64,000 nucleotides of DNA from a virus (lineage: Duplodnaviria > Heunggongvirae > Uroviricota > Caudoviricetes): the IMG/VR virus record IMGVR_UViG_3300044699_000054, positions 1 to 64,000 of that record; one strand, 5' to 3'. The stretch's first letter is position 1; the number at the start of each line of letters is the position of its first letter. The notes under the pieces were generated by a model. The model worked only from the letters and a program-made list of their open reading frames with translations. It was not told where the DNA came from and did not search any database. Of this stretch, positions 43,544 to 52,487 are shown piece by piece. The position numbers were made by a program, and so were the translations under genes.

Positions 43544-45648
43544 CAGGCTGCCCTCGTCCCATACAGGAGCTGCTGGCTGAATATCCTCATGACCTTGGAG
43601 ATTTCAACTTCAACCATGTCCGTGATGTCTTGGTCCCCGATACGCACTCCTACGTTGATGATCTGTGGCTGTTGATCGGTTGCAGCAGCTGGAGCTGCTG
43701 GGGTGGCAGCTGCCTGTTGTACCGGAGTAGCCATCCGTACAACATTGTTGATGGAGTTCATAACGTCATTGGTCACGGAGGCAGCTAATGGAGACATTGA
43801 AGTCATACCAGAGCTGAGTCGCTCTACTATGGCTTGGCCAGAGTAGTAAGGGTCACCCTCTCCGGAAAGGGGACCTGCTTCCGCAGGAGAATGAGGGAAC
43901 CTCATTCTGATGATGAACGCCAGGACTCCAGCTGCGGTGCCGAGGTCGCCGCTCATGAACATCATGCCCCGAATCAAACCTCTTACAAGGTTTTTTCCAG
44001 CTTCAACCAGATAGCCTCCGAATCCAGATGTCCATTTTGTAAGGCTCTCTGGAATTGTTTGGGTGAAAAAGTCTTTAACCTTATTCCAAAGCCACAACAA
44101 TCCTTCAGCAAGCTTTGTCCCAATCCACATAAGAAGTTCAGGGAACAGTGTGAAGATCTTTCCAATGATCCCGAAGATGTTATCTATTAGCGCCAAGAAG
44201 ATGGCACCTATCTTCGGTACATTCTCTTCAAGCCAAGGCCAAGCGGTGTACCGGAGCCACTCGAAGAAGCTTTCCAAGGAGGCAAGTACAAAGCCAACAA
44301 TTATCACTAGCCCAACGAATGCAGCGGTAAGAATCAGCGCTGCGTGGACGAGCCCTTCTATGGCCTTCTTTCCACCCTCGGTCTGCATGAGGAAGGACAG
44401 AATCTGGATGAACTCCTTGAGCTGGATCAGGAGCTGGTCGCCTGTGCCTGTCTCATCGAGAACCTGAGCCAGGGTCATGAAGAACTGGACGATGGCATAG
44501 CCGAGGTCCAGCAACAGACCAAGCACACCAATCGCCCGGTCTAGCCAGTTCAGGAAGTCTTCGTCATTGGAAAGCTTGGTAAGCCAGCCGCCAATAGTGC
44601 TAAGTAGCTTGTTAAATCCGGAACCAACCTTATCGGCAAACGGAATCAGTGCGACACCGAAGTTGGTTAGGCCAAGAAGTAGATCTCTAATTCCTGTTTC
44701 GAATCCTCTCAGGAACCTAACTATGGAATCGCCCATCTTCCTGAAGAACTGATCAAACAACGGTGAAGCAAAAAACTCAAAGATCCCTCGAAAGAGATAG
44801 CCAAACTGATTAGCTACCTGAGCAATCACCCTAGGCAAGCTCGTCAGTCCCTTAAACAGGTCTATGATGGGATTGCTACCACCAAAGTCAAAGGCACCGA
44901 AAAAGTTCGTTTGAGCTATCCCCTGTAGATCCTTAAAAATATCTTTAATTGGCAACAGTGTCTTAACGAAGTAAGCTAACTGGGGATTAAGACCTTTTAA
45001 TGCTTCTTTAAGTTCTTGAGCATTCTTCGCTTGGAATGCAGTGGTTATCGCTTGGCCCACTCCTTGGAAAACTAGGAGTAAAACGCCGGCTTGGACTCCA
45101 ATGGCAAAGAGAATATTAGGCACTGCGTATAGCAGTGCTATCAGTGCATGGAGACCGTGAACAGCGGCTAGGACGAGGGCGACAATGGCACCGATGATCG
45201 GCAGAATCAGCGTGATCAGCGGTGAGCGGCCGGACACGTTGAAGCCAGCGCCGATCGCATCTGAGATGGTCCGGCCGATGTTGTTGAAGAAGGATGATCC
45301 TGCTACCGCAGTAGCGAGCCCCGTTCCCAGGCTCCGGCTCCAGCGACGTCCTGTTTCATTTCCATCGATATCCGGTAGCCGGATCCGTCGTCCCCGGAGT
45401 CCTTGCTCCAGTTCACGGGCAATGCTTGGTCCCTCACGACCCAGCCTCCGGCCGAAGGACTCGGAGCTGACACGCCCCCATTCCTCGCCAATGTCCTTGG
45501 CGGCACGCTTGGGTTCACTGGCCGCACCGGCTTCGTGGAGAGCCTTCTCGGTATCGGCAACGACGAAGTCATCACTGATTCGGAGATTGGCGACGACCTC
45601 GCCAACTGCTTCCCCAGGAAAAGTCAACGCGGCCACCACCCTTCGCAC
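43543..45648 (-). CDS. tape measure protein
   Basis: 701 aa, helical, with central hydrophobic segments (LITLILPIIGAIVALVLAAV...). Directly downstream of the overlapping chaperone pair. The central part has lower GC. Confidence 0.7.
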   Translation of the reverse strand: MRRVVAALTFPGEAVGEVVANLRISDDFVVADTEKALHEAGAASEPKRAAKDIGEEWGRVSSESFGRRLGREGPSIARELEQGLRGRRIRLPDIDGNETGRRWSRSLGTGLATAVAGSSFFNNIGRTISDAIGAGFNVSGRSPLITLILPIIGAIVALVLAAVHGLHALIALLYAVPNILFAIGVQAGVLLLVFQGVGQAITTAFQAKNAQELKEALKGLNPQLAYFVKTLLPIKDIFKDLQGIAQTNFFGAFDFGGSNPIIDLFKGLTSLPRVIAQVANQFGYLFRGIFEFFASPLFDQFFRKMGDSIVRFLRGFETGIRDLLLGLTNFGVALIPFADKVGSGFNKLLSTIGGWLTKLSNDEDFLNWLDRAIGVLGLLLDLGYAIVQFFMTLAQVLDETGTGDQLLIQLKEFIQILSFLMQTEGGKKAIEGLVHAALILTAAFVGLVIIVGFVLASLESFFEWLRYTAWPWLEENVPKIGAIFLALIDNIFGIIGKIFTLFPELLMWIGTKLAEGLLWLWNKVKDFFTQTIPESLTKWTSGFGGYLVEAGKNLVRGLIRGMMFMSGDLGTAAGVLAFIIRMRFPHSPAEAGPLSGEGDPYYSGQAIVERLSSGMTSMSPLAASVTNDVMNSINNVVRMATPVQQAAATPAAPAAATDQQPQIINVGVRIGDQDITDMVEVEISKVMRIFSQQLLYGTRAA

Positions 45649-45700
45649 ATTGCACGGCTAGTGGGCAATCAAGGGAGGCGCCACTAGTTCAGTATTGTAG

Positions 45701-46405
45701 CTAATCTCCCATTGAAAGGAAGACGTCGCGGCTGGTCTCTAGCTGCGGCAATTCGTTGGGATCCGCGTTGGGGTCTGGTTCAGGCGAAAACAGACTAGTT
45801 GTCGGTGCTATTTCTAGTTGCATAGTGAACATGGTGATGTGCTTAGGATCCATGTTCCGGAGGACAAGCACGAGAACTGCGTCCAGCCACGCACCAAGGG
45901 ATATCTGAGAAGCATCAACGCCATGGAACATCAGCTCCGGCCCTAGCGTGTCCCAGTGATGCTGAGCTACTCCGATCAGCCGGAAGGTAACCCACCATGG
46001 GTGGGCTGACACCGTCTCAATGATCTCCAGACATAGCTGGTACATCCCTTCAAGTGGGCGCTCATCCTCGTAGAAGATGTCCTCGATCTCAGGGATCAGA
46101 TCAGTGAAGATGCCATCAAAATCCGGTGTCGGCCGCATCAAGTAGTGCAGCCACTCCACTGCTGCGTACGCGGGTACCTCGATACTTTTATCGGCAATCC
46201 GGACCGTCGTCGGGCACAGGGCCATCGAGCTGACGGGATCTTTATTGAGCTTGGGAACGGTATAGCTTCCTGCGTTACCGGTGCCCTCGGCCGGCAGAAT
46301 CGAGGAAGGAGAAAGGGCCGTTCTACTAGGCCGGGGTACGCTTCGGCGGCCTGCCACGTCGCACCTTCGGGGCTTGTTCCGGCTCGTTGAAGAAGCTCGT
46401 TGCAA
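45701..46405 (-). CDS. tail assembly chaperone frameshift extension (GT-like)
   Basis: ORF in alternate frame overlapping 46326-46405. Only the part downstream of the overlap looks protein-like, as expected for a programmed frameshift product. Confidence 0.5.
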   Translation of the reverse strand: MQRASSTSRNKPRRCDVAGRRSVPRPSRTALSPSSILPAEGTGNAGSYTVPKLNKDPVSSMALCPTTVRIADKSIEVPAYAAVEWLHYLMRPTPDFDGIFTDLIPEIEDIFYEDERPLEGMYQLCLEIIETVSAHPWWVTFRLIGVAQHHWDTLGPELMFHGVDASQISLGAWLDAVLVLVLRNMDPKHITMFTMQLEIAPTTSLFSPEPDPNADPNELPQLETSRDVFLSMGD

Positions 46406-46694
46406 ACACGACCAGTTCCCGAAGATCCAGGGAACCTTCAGCCATTAGATCTTCTAGGAATTCCTGGTCGGTAGGCTGCACAACCAAAGACACGAGCGCG
46501 GTAAACATCCGCTCCATGGCTTTCATCTTGCGCTGGTTAGGGACATCATCGCGCTGCAAGATCTGAGCCTCATGGTTAATGAGCAGTAGCTGGGTCTCTA
46601 GCAGGGCACGGATGACAATACTGCGCCCCCTGACCTCAACGACTCGTGTTTCCCGGGCAGTTTCGTCCGGGATAGCAATCTCAGGAGTAGTCAT
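46326..46694 (-). CDS. tail assembly chaperone (G-like)
   Basis: 122 aa, acidic. Its 3' end overlaps the next ORF by 80 nt in another frame, immediately upstream of the tape measure. Confidence 0.55.
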   Translation of the reverse strand: MTTPEIAIPDETARETRVVEVRGRSIVIRALLETQLLLINHEAQILQRDDVPNQRKMKAMERMFTALVSLVVQPTDQEFLEDLMAEGSLDLRELVVFATSFFNEPEQAPKVRRGRPPKRTPA

Positions 46695-46767
46695 GGCGGC
46701 CAGTGTACGACCAGATCAGCGTGGAATGAACTTCATCTGCCACTTGAGCGCGGCTCTGATTGCGGCG

Positions 46768-47349
46768 TTACGGAGGAAGTGCTTGCCCTTTTTGACCGGG
46801 GTGCGACCGGCCGATTGTGCTCCGTGCCATTGGTACGTGCGGTGTGTATACCGTTCTCCCATGCCAGACAAATTTCAACAGTCTTGGTGTGCGATCCCCG
46901 AACCGGTAGATGTGCGGTTCTCCCTTGGGAAAGATCGGGTGGATCTTGGCTCCTCCTTCCACTGATGCGGCGTATGGGAGTCGGGAGAACACCTTTCCCG
47001 TGACACCGATACCAGTGAAATATGGGCCAGCCTTCTCGATGCTGGCCTCCAATGCCTTGGTATGGGAGTAAGGTCCTCGGCTTGCACCGAGCCTCGCGCT
47101 GTCGTGGACATCGTCAATGACGCGACGCAACCTCCTAGCCGACATGATGCCGGCTTGGATTGAGAGGGTCGCCTTGAAGACCTTGACTCGGTAGGCCATT
47201 AGCAGTCGCAGTTCGGAATCTGGATCGTGACTGTCATTGATCGTTCTACACATCCACCTTGGGGAGTCGACTGGATCTGTCGCTCGACCACGGTGGACAT
47301 CCCCAGCAGTTGTCCTCCTACCTGTTTCATGTAGTCGCGAATGCAGCAA
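46768..47349 (-). CDS. structural protein (head-tail joining or tail; unassigned)
   Basis: Position just upstream of the chaperones. True start probably internal. Confidence 0.35.
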   Translation of the reverse strand: MLHSRLHETGRRTTAGDVHRGRATDPVDSPRWMCRTINDSHDPDSELRLLMAYRVKVFKATLSIQAGIMSARRLRRVIDDVHDSARLGASRGPYSHTKALEASIEKAGPYFTGIGVTGKVFSRLPYAASVEGGAKIHPIFPKGEPHIYRFGDRTPRLLKFVWHGRTVYTPHVPMARSTIGRSHPGQKGQALPP

Positions 47350-47406
47350 GCCACCCGTCTTAATGTTGCTGAGTCATAGACATTCTGAACAGCTGCCGCG
47401 TTCCAT

Positions 47407-48531
47407 TCATCGCAGCCAATGGGGTTGTAGATAGTGCCCTACCGGAACGCAGCGAATGAGTCCGAGCTTGAACACTTGAGCCCAGGTGGGGAAGGTGCAC
47501 TTGGCGTCCGCCTGTCGGATGATGTCTTGCTCAGGGAACGACACGGCCGACGGGTAGGTATCGCCCAAAGCCACATAGCCGATTCCTTCGCAGCACTGGT
47601 CTTCGTTGATACCGGCATCATGGGGGATTTCGACACCTACCCGGAAGCAACAGATCGCTGGCGGGTTGGGTGCCCGAGCAGCCTGCTCACATAGGCAGGA
47701 AAGGATCGTGTTCATTAATGGACCGACGATCAGATCAGCTTCATCCATCTCATTCCTCCGCTGAGCAACCGGTCCATATGCTGTCGCCCCACCAGAACAA
47801 GTTCCAGAGACCATAATAGGTGGGGTTGGTGTACCGGAGATTCCTTGTGACGATGCCCCAGCTGCACATACTCCAACCGGGAACACTTTTGCTGAAGCAG
47901 CTCCATTAGCCGACGATCCAATGGCGCTAGAACCAATTGGTGTTGGCGGCGAAAATGAATTTATTGCAATACCTTGCGTTAATGCTCCGGCTACAGAAGT
48001 GCCACTGGAGAAAGCTGTTTTAGCAGCTGTCCCATTGGCAGATGAACCGGCTATCGAGGTACCACGGGAGAATGCTGTCTTGGCAGCGGTGCCAGAGGAT
48101 GAGCTACCGGCGACGCTGGATCCTGCTGGTGGAATCAGAACAACTAGGCTGCTACCTCGTGCCAAGGATCCGGCAACAGATCTGCTGGCTGGGAAGGCAA
48201 CCTTGGTATCGGTACCTCGGGCCAGTGCGCCAGCAACAGAAGATCCAGCCAAGAAAACGGTCTTTGCGGCTGTGCCTCGGGCCAATGCCCCGGCTACAGA
48301 AGTGCCAGTTAAGGAGACAACCTTGCTCGCGGTGCCCTGTGAAGATGCTCCGGCAGCGGCTACGCCGATTGGAAATACGACTAGGGAAGCAACGCCATAG
48401 GCAGCAGCGCCATCGGTGGAGTCAGCCGATAGAGAGTCTGTCGTTACGTCCAATGGCAGGAAGCGCTGGACGCGCATGAACTCCGGCCATACTCCAGGAG
48501 GACCCGGACGTACTGCGGCGCCACGGGCCAT
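47407..48531 (-). CDS. structural repeat protein: about 9 tandem 18-aa units (GTSVAGALARGTAAKTVF-like) plus Cys-rich C-terminal domain
   Basis: 54-nt DNA period over about 47830-48370. C-terminus has CLCEQ, CCFRV and DQCCEG. Confidence 0.5.
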   Translation of the reverse strand: MARGAAVRPGPPGVWPEFMRVQRFLPLDVTTDSLSADSTDGAAAYGVASLVVFPIGVAAAGASSQGTASKVVSLTGTSVAGALARGTAAKTVFLAGSSVAGALARGTDTKVAFPASRSVAGSLARGSSLVVLIPPAGSSVAGSSSSGTAAKTAFSRGTSIAGSSANGTAAKTAFSSGTSVAGALTQGIAINSFSPPTPIGSSAIGSSANGAASAKVFPVGVCAAGASSQGISGTPTPPIMVSGTCSGGATAYGPVAQRRNEMDEADLIVGPLMNTILSCLCEQAARAPNPPAICCFRVGVEIPHDAGINEDQCCEGIGYVALGDTYPSAVSFPEQDIIRQADAKCTFPTWAQVFKLGLIRCVPVGHYLQPHWLR

Positions 48532-48540
48532 ATTCGCCCC

Positions 48541-49128
48541 CTAAGCGCCGAGATCCTGGAGTACGTACTGATGAAGCTGGAATGTGTTGGAACCGCTGGA
48601 GGCTGAGCAAGCAACAAAGAAGTCCGCCACGTTGACCACGGTGGAGTCAAAACCAGTACCAACAGCTGGTGTGGTTTCTGGGGCCATCAGGAACGGGTGA
48701 CCCAGCGTAGTGATATCGGCGGTAGCACCAGCATCGAGAAACGCACGTGAAGCAACCCAGCCTTGGCCCATAAGGTTGGCTGAGGTGCTGGCGCCCAATG
48801 CCCTACAGGTAAGCAGGAATTCACCCCAGACTGGCACCGTGGTGTGAGCTGTGGTTGATGTGAGCACAGCACCCGTGGTGAACACGGTGATGTTGGATGT
48901 CGGTCCTAGCTGGAATTGGAATGTGAAGGTTGGCTGAGAAGTCACCACGTTGCCGATACGGCCAGCCCACTTAACCGACAACACCCGGCCCTCGTACCAG
49001 TCTGCTGGGTCCATCGGGAAACGGGCATGCGACGGTAGCGCGGTAACCGCAGTAGTGAATGTTGCGAGCGCGGCACCATCTGACCTTGCTGCCGCAAGAG
49101 TTTTTGTGTAGCCAAGTCCGCCAAGCAT
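48541..49128 (-). CDS. structural protein (putative tail component)
   Basis: Position and Thr/Ala/Gly-rich beta composition. Confidence 0.4.
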   Translation of the reverse strand: MLGGLGYTKTLAAARSDGAALATFTTAVTALPSHARFPMDPADWYEGRVLSVKWAGRIGNVVTSQPTFTFQFQLGPTSNITVFTTGAVLTSTTAHTTVPVWGEFLLTCRALGASTSANLMGQGWVASRAFLDAGATADITTLGHPFLMAPETTPAVGTGFDSTVVNVADFFVACSASSGSNTFQLHQYVLQDLGA

Positions 49129-49131
49129 GGC

Positions 49132-49779
49132 TCACATCCCGGTTAGATCAAGGGTCAGGTTTCCGCTGGACAGCACGATCTGTCCTTGCCCAGCAAGGGT
49201 TTCTGGAACCACCTTCTGTTGGAACAGTTCACCGACAGCAGTGATATCAACAGCTGCACCACCGGAGGTCAGGCTCACCTGATAGGTGTCGGTGGTCGCG
49301 CCCACTACGAAGTAAATGGTTCCTTCAGTGAGACCAGTAGGAAGGCTCTCGGCCAGGACGTTGAACACCATTACCCGGTCGGTGTTGACGAGACCGTGTG
49401 CTGAGCTGGTGATGGTGTTGCTGGTTACGCCAGCTGCGTCCACTGCACCGAAGCCTTTAATGGCACCACCGAACGGAGCGTATCCCCGGTAATTTCCAGA
49501 GTTACCGGAGCTGGCATTGAAGAACCCGTAGTACCCGTACGTTCCAGCCGCCAAGTCGAATGTCATGGTGTTGGTGTTGGACTTCAGTGCGGCTGCGGCA
49601 GCACCCCAAGTCACGGCCTGGCGCGCATAGGCCGGTGCCCCGCCTGTGGCCTCCACTGCGTTGGCGTTGGTACCAGTGCCTGGATCTGACAACGTGAAGA
49701 TGGCGATGTGCGTGATCTGGGTGACGCTCTCATCCAGTGAATCCAGCATTACGTTCTTGGAGGCATCATTAAAGGGCAT
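49132..49779 (-). CDS. structural protein (putative tail component)
   Basis: Position and Gly/Ala/Thr-rich composition. Confidence 0.4.
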   Translation of the reverse strand: MPFNDASKNVMLDSLDESVTQITHIAIFTLSDPGTGTNANAVEATGGAPAYARQAVTWGAAAAALKSNTNTMTFDLAAGTYGYYGFFNASSGNSGNYRGYAPFGGAIKGFGAVDAAGVTSNTITSSAHGLVNTDRVMVFNVLAESLPTGLTEGTIYFVVGATTDTYQVSLTSGGAAVDITAVGELFQQKVVPETLAGQGQIVLSSGNLTLDLTGM

Positions 49780-49912
49780 GCCGTCTCCTTATGGCCAAGT
49801 GACCTGTCGAGGCTCCGGAAGGTCCGGACTATAGAATCTGGTTCTTCCTTTCAGACCATACGGGTTAATGGCCATGATCAGTTGATCCAGTTCCCATAAT
49901 CCTGACAAGCCA

Positions 49913-50599
49913 TTACGGAGTACTGAGTCGATATCGGCGACAGAGATTGTTACGCCTTGCCGGGAAATCGAAGTCACACGTTGGGGGAGACGACAGGGAG
50001 CCCCAATGCAGGCCTTTTGCGTATTCACAAGCTAAGGATGCTGTGCCTTGAGCCAGAGCTGTCGGTACCTCCTTGCCGCGAAGGTAGGTGACCTCGAACG
50101 CGTCAGGGTCTCCTGGTCCTAGGTTCTGGTCAGCGCACAACGGCCAGCACGCCGCTGTATCAGTCCGTACCAGCCATTGCTGGTCCAATACGAAATAGTT
50201 GAAACCCTCAGATCCAGAGACGGGCAGTGATGCGCCGTTAACCGTCACGCTGACGATGGAACTCACTGGTCCGGGCAGGTACACCTGGCAATCAGGTTCG
50301 CAGGTGCAACAGCCGCCTGAAGAACCGCACCAGCAGTTCTTCCATTCTCCGTTGAAGATGTACGGTATCCAGCCACCGAAGCCATCCCAGTACCACCCGG
50401 ACGGGCAATTGCTGCACTGGCGACCACAGGGGCGAACGGTCAATTGGCAGAGACCAAACTGCCGCCCGGTAGCCGCCCACACAAACAGCTTCGCGTACTC
50501 CAGCGCCTGAGTCTGAATCTCCGGATCGACCGTGTCCCAGTCAGGGCAACAGAGCTGGGTCAGATCAGGCCAGGTGCAAGGCCCGGATTGAATGCTCAT
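49913..50599 (-). CDS. Cys/Trp-rich structural-module protein (228 aa, about 20 Cys)
   Basis: CCPDWD, CGRQCSNCPSGWYWDGFGGW, CWCGSSGGCCTCEPDC. Confidence 0.45.
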   Translation of the reverse strand: MSIQSGPCTWPDLTQLCCPDWDTVDPEIQTQALEYAKLFVWAATGRQFGLCQLTVRPCGRQCSNCPSGWYWDGFGGWIPYIFNGEWKNCWCGSSGGCCTCEPDCQVYLPGPVSSIVSVTVNGASLPVSGSEGFNYFVLDQQWLVRTDTAACWPLCADQNLGPGDPDAFEVTYLRGKEVPTALAQGTASLACEYAKGLHWGSLSSPPTCDFDFPARRNNLCRRYRLSTP

Positions 50600-51341
50600 C
50601 TATCCGGGCCTCCTCCCTGATAATTGACCTTTCAATTATTCCCGCTAGACCGCAGCACAGCCACAAGAGGCTGCTGGTGGCGCCTAGGCGAGTGATGAAC
50701 ATTCGATGATGCTGGTTTGAAGCGATCGGTGTCAGCATTCGAATCGGGTTGTTCAAGGTACCGGCAGCGTCAGATAGGTCAACGTTGTACGGGCCAGTGC
50801 CCCATTGAGACAGGCTACGGGTCCGGGCGTTGACGACGAAGTTGACGACGCCATTCTCCAAGGTCATGTCACCGATGGTTCCTTCAATGACCCAGGGGAA
50901 GAGCACGTATCCGTACTCAGTACCACCAGTACACGGAACACCAGTACCAGAGAGTCGGGTCCAGCCCTCGAAGGCAAAGTTGACGTTGTTGACCGAGTCC
51001 TCAGCCGTGGACCAACCAATCTTTGTCGCAGCAGCATCGTCTGACGTGTACAGCGGCTCGGCTGCCATCAGATTGACTATGTCCGGGTCCACATTGCAGA
51101 AGGTGAAGACCAGGTCAATCCACTTCAGGATCGGGGGAACGGTCTCACGTACGCAGAACTGACCGTCCGCATTCTTGATGAAGAACTCTTGCCGGTCCTC
51201 ATAGTTCTTGGTCATCTCAATGGAGATGATGCCGTCTGTCACGACCTGTGAGCAGGAACCAGTAACTACCTGGCCACAGGAGTTCAGCTTCGTGATGCGA
51301 ACACGAGGAACCCTAAACGGGGCGAAACATACTGCGGTCAT
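50565..51341 (-). CDS. structural protein (possible major tail subunit)
   Basis: 258 aa, position in the head-tail region. No decisive motif. Confidence 0.35.
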   Translation of the reverse strand: MTAVCFAPFRVPRVRITKLNSCGQVVTGSCSQVVTDGIISIEMTKNYEDRQEFFIKNADGQFCVRETVPPILKWIDLVFTFCNVDPDIVNLMAAEPLYTSDDAAATKIGWSTAEDSVNNVNFAFEGWTRLSGTGVPCTGGTEYGYVLFPWVIEGTIGDMTLENGVVNFVVNARTRSLSQWGTGPYNVDLSDAAGTLNNPIRMLTPIASNQHHRMFITRLGATSSLLWLCCGLAGIIERSIIREEARIDEHSIRALHLA

Positions 51342-51571
51342 TACGGCTCCTCGCCATTAGAAGCGGAGTGAGTTTTTGCTGAGTTGTTTTCTTGTGCCTC
51401 GGTCACCTTGGCGTACCAGGTTTCCGCTACCTCGGGATGAACATGAATGACACGCCCTACGTCACCGGCAACTACTTCTACGAAATTGGCATCTGCTGCG
51501 ATTTCCAATAGCTCTCTCAGCACCTGAGGTAACAGGTCCTCAGGTGCTGAGATCACCATGTACTCACGCAT
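51341..51571 (-). CDS. small head-tail connector-like protein
   Basis: 76 aa, acidic. ATGA overlap with neighbours. Confidence 0.35.
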   Translation of the reverse strand: MREYMVISAPEDLLPQVLRELLEIAADANFVEVVAGDVGRVIHVHPEVAETWYAKVTEAQENNSAKTHSASNGEEP

Positions 51572-52422
51572 TAGGTATCCGTATTGGTTAGGGTCACTTG
51601 CACAGCGGCTATGTAGCAGTCATAACTGACGACGTACTCACGCTCCATCACAATGTTCAGGACGTTCGTACTCCGGTTGATGATCTGACCCATAGATGGA
51701 ACGAACAGCTCACTGTCTGGGGTCCGCCACACGGCCACCTGACCAGTGATGTAGATCCAGGTATCACCAGCGGCCGGTACCTGGCCAGTTGGACCAGTGC
51801 CGGCGTAGTTGCCGAAGGAGACCACGCTCTTAGGAGCTGTGCGCCAAGGACTGACCGGAGAATCCTGCTCCACCAGGTGCGCACCCTTGACATACGACGC
51901 TGCGAGCATCGGTACGTGAATGACACCAGGGATTCCATACCTGGCATACAGCCAGGACTCCAAGGTGCCAAAGGCACGGACGATACCGCCGACGTTGCCC
52001 AGGTTCTGAGCTGCTGGTGTGGCTCCCCCTAAGCCGGGGGATAAACCAAACGTGGACTCTGAGAACAGTCGCTCGACAGTGGCCTGTTCACCGGCAACAA
52101 GTTGCTGATACAGGAGCTGCTGAACGCGCTCTTGTCCCCAGTTGGCCAGGCCGACTGGGGAACAGTTGATGGACGAATAGACCACGAACGGGGTCGCGGT
52201 TACAGTGCCGACGCTTCCGCTGACGGCTTTTGCAGCATGGGATTCGATGCAGGCAACCGTGTAACCCAAGGGCAGTGCGCACGTAGAAAGCTCGTACTGC
52301 AGTCCGCCTTGGCGGGCATGGGCCGGAAGGTCCAAGGGTCCGGTAGCAGCGGAGAACAGCCCGTACCGTGGCACCACAGGATTGGGCGCCGGGACATATA
52401 CCGGGCCATTGAGTGCTGCCAC
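51571..52422 (-). CDS. structural protein downstream of capsid gene
   Basis: 283 aa. Function unassigned. Confidence 0.4.
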   Translation of the reverse strand: MAALNGPVYVPAPNPVVPRYGLFSAATGPLDLPAHARQGGLQYELSTCALPLGYTVACIESHAAKAVSGSVGTVTATPFVVYSSINCSPVGLANWGQERVQQLLYQQLVAGEQATVERLFSESTFGLSPGLGGATPAAQNLGNVGGIVRAFGTLESWLYARYGIPGVIHVPMLAASYVKGAHLVEQDSPVSPWRTAPKSVVSFGNYAGTGPTGQVPAAGDTWIYITGQVAVWRTPDSELFVPSMGQIINRSTNVLNIVMEREYVVSYDCYIAAVQVTLTNTDT

Positions 52423-52487
52423 TGCTCCTCCTCCAGCTCAGGCTCAATGGGGCTGGGCCGGGAGGACCCAGCCCCAGATGAGGCCTA

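Noticed and set aside
47921..48479. Antisense ORFs (159 and 145 aa) over the 18-aa tandem-repeat gene
   Set aside because: They mirror the repeat period on the opposite strand. No start context.
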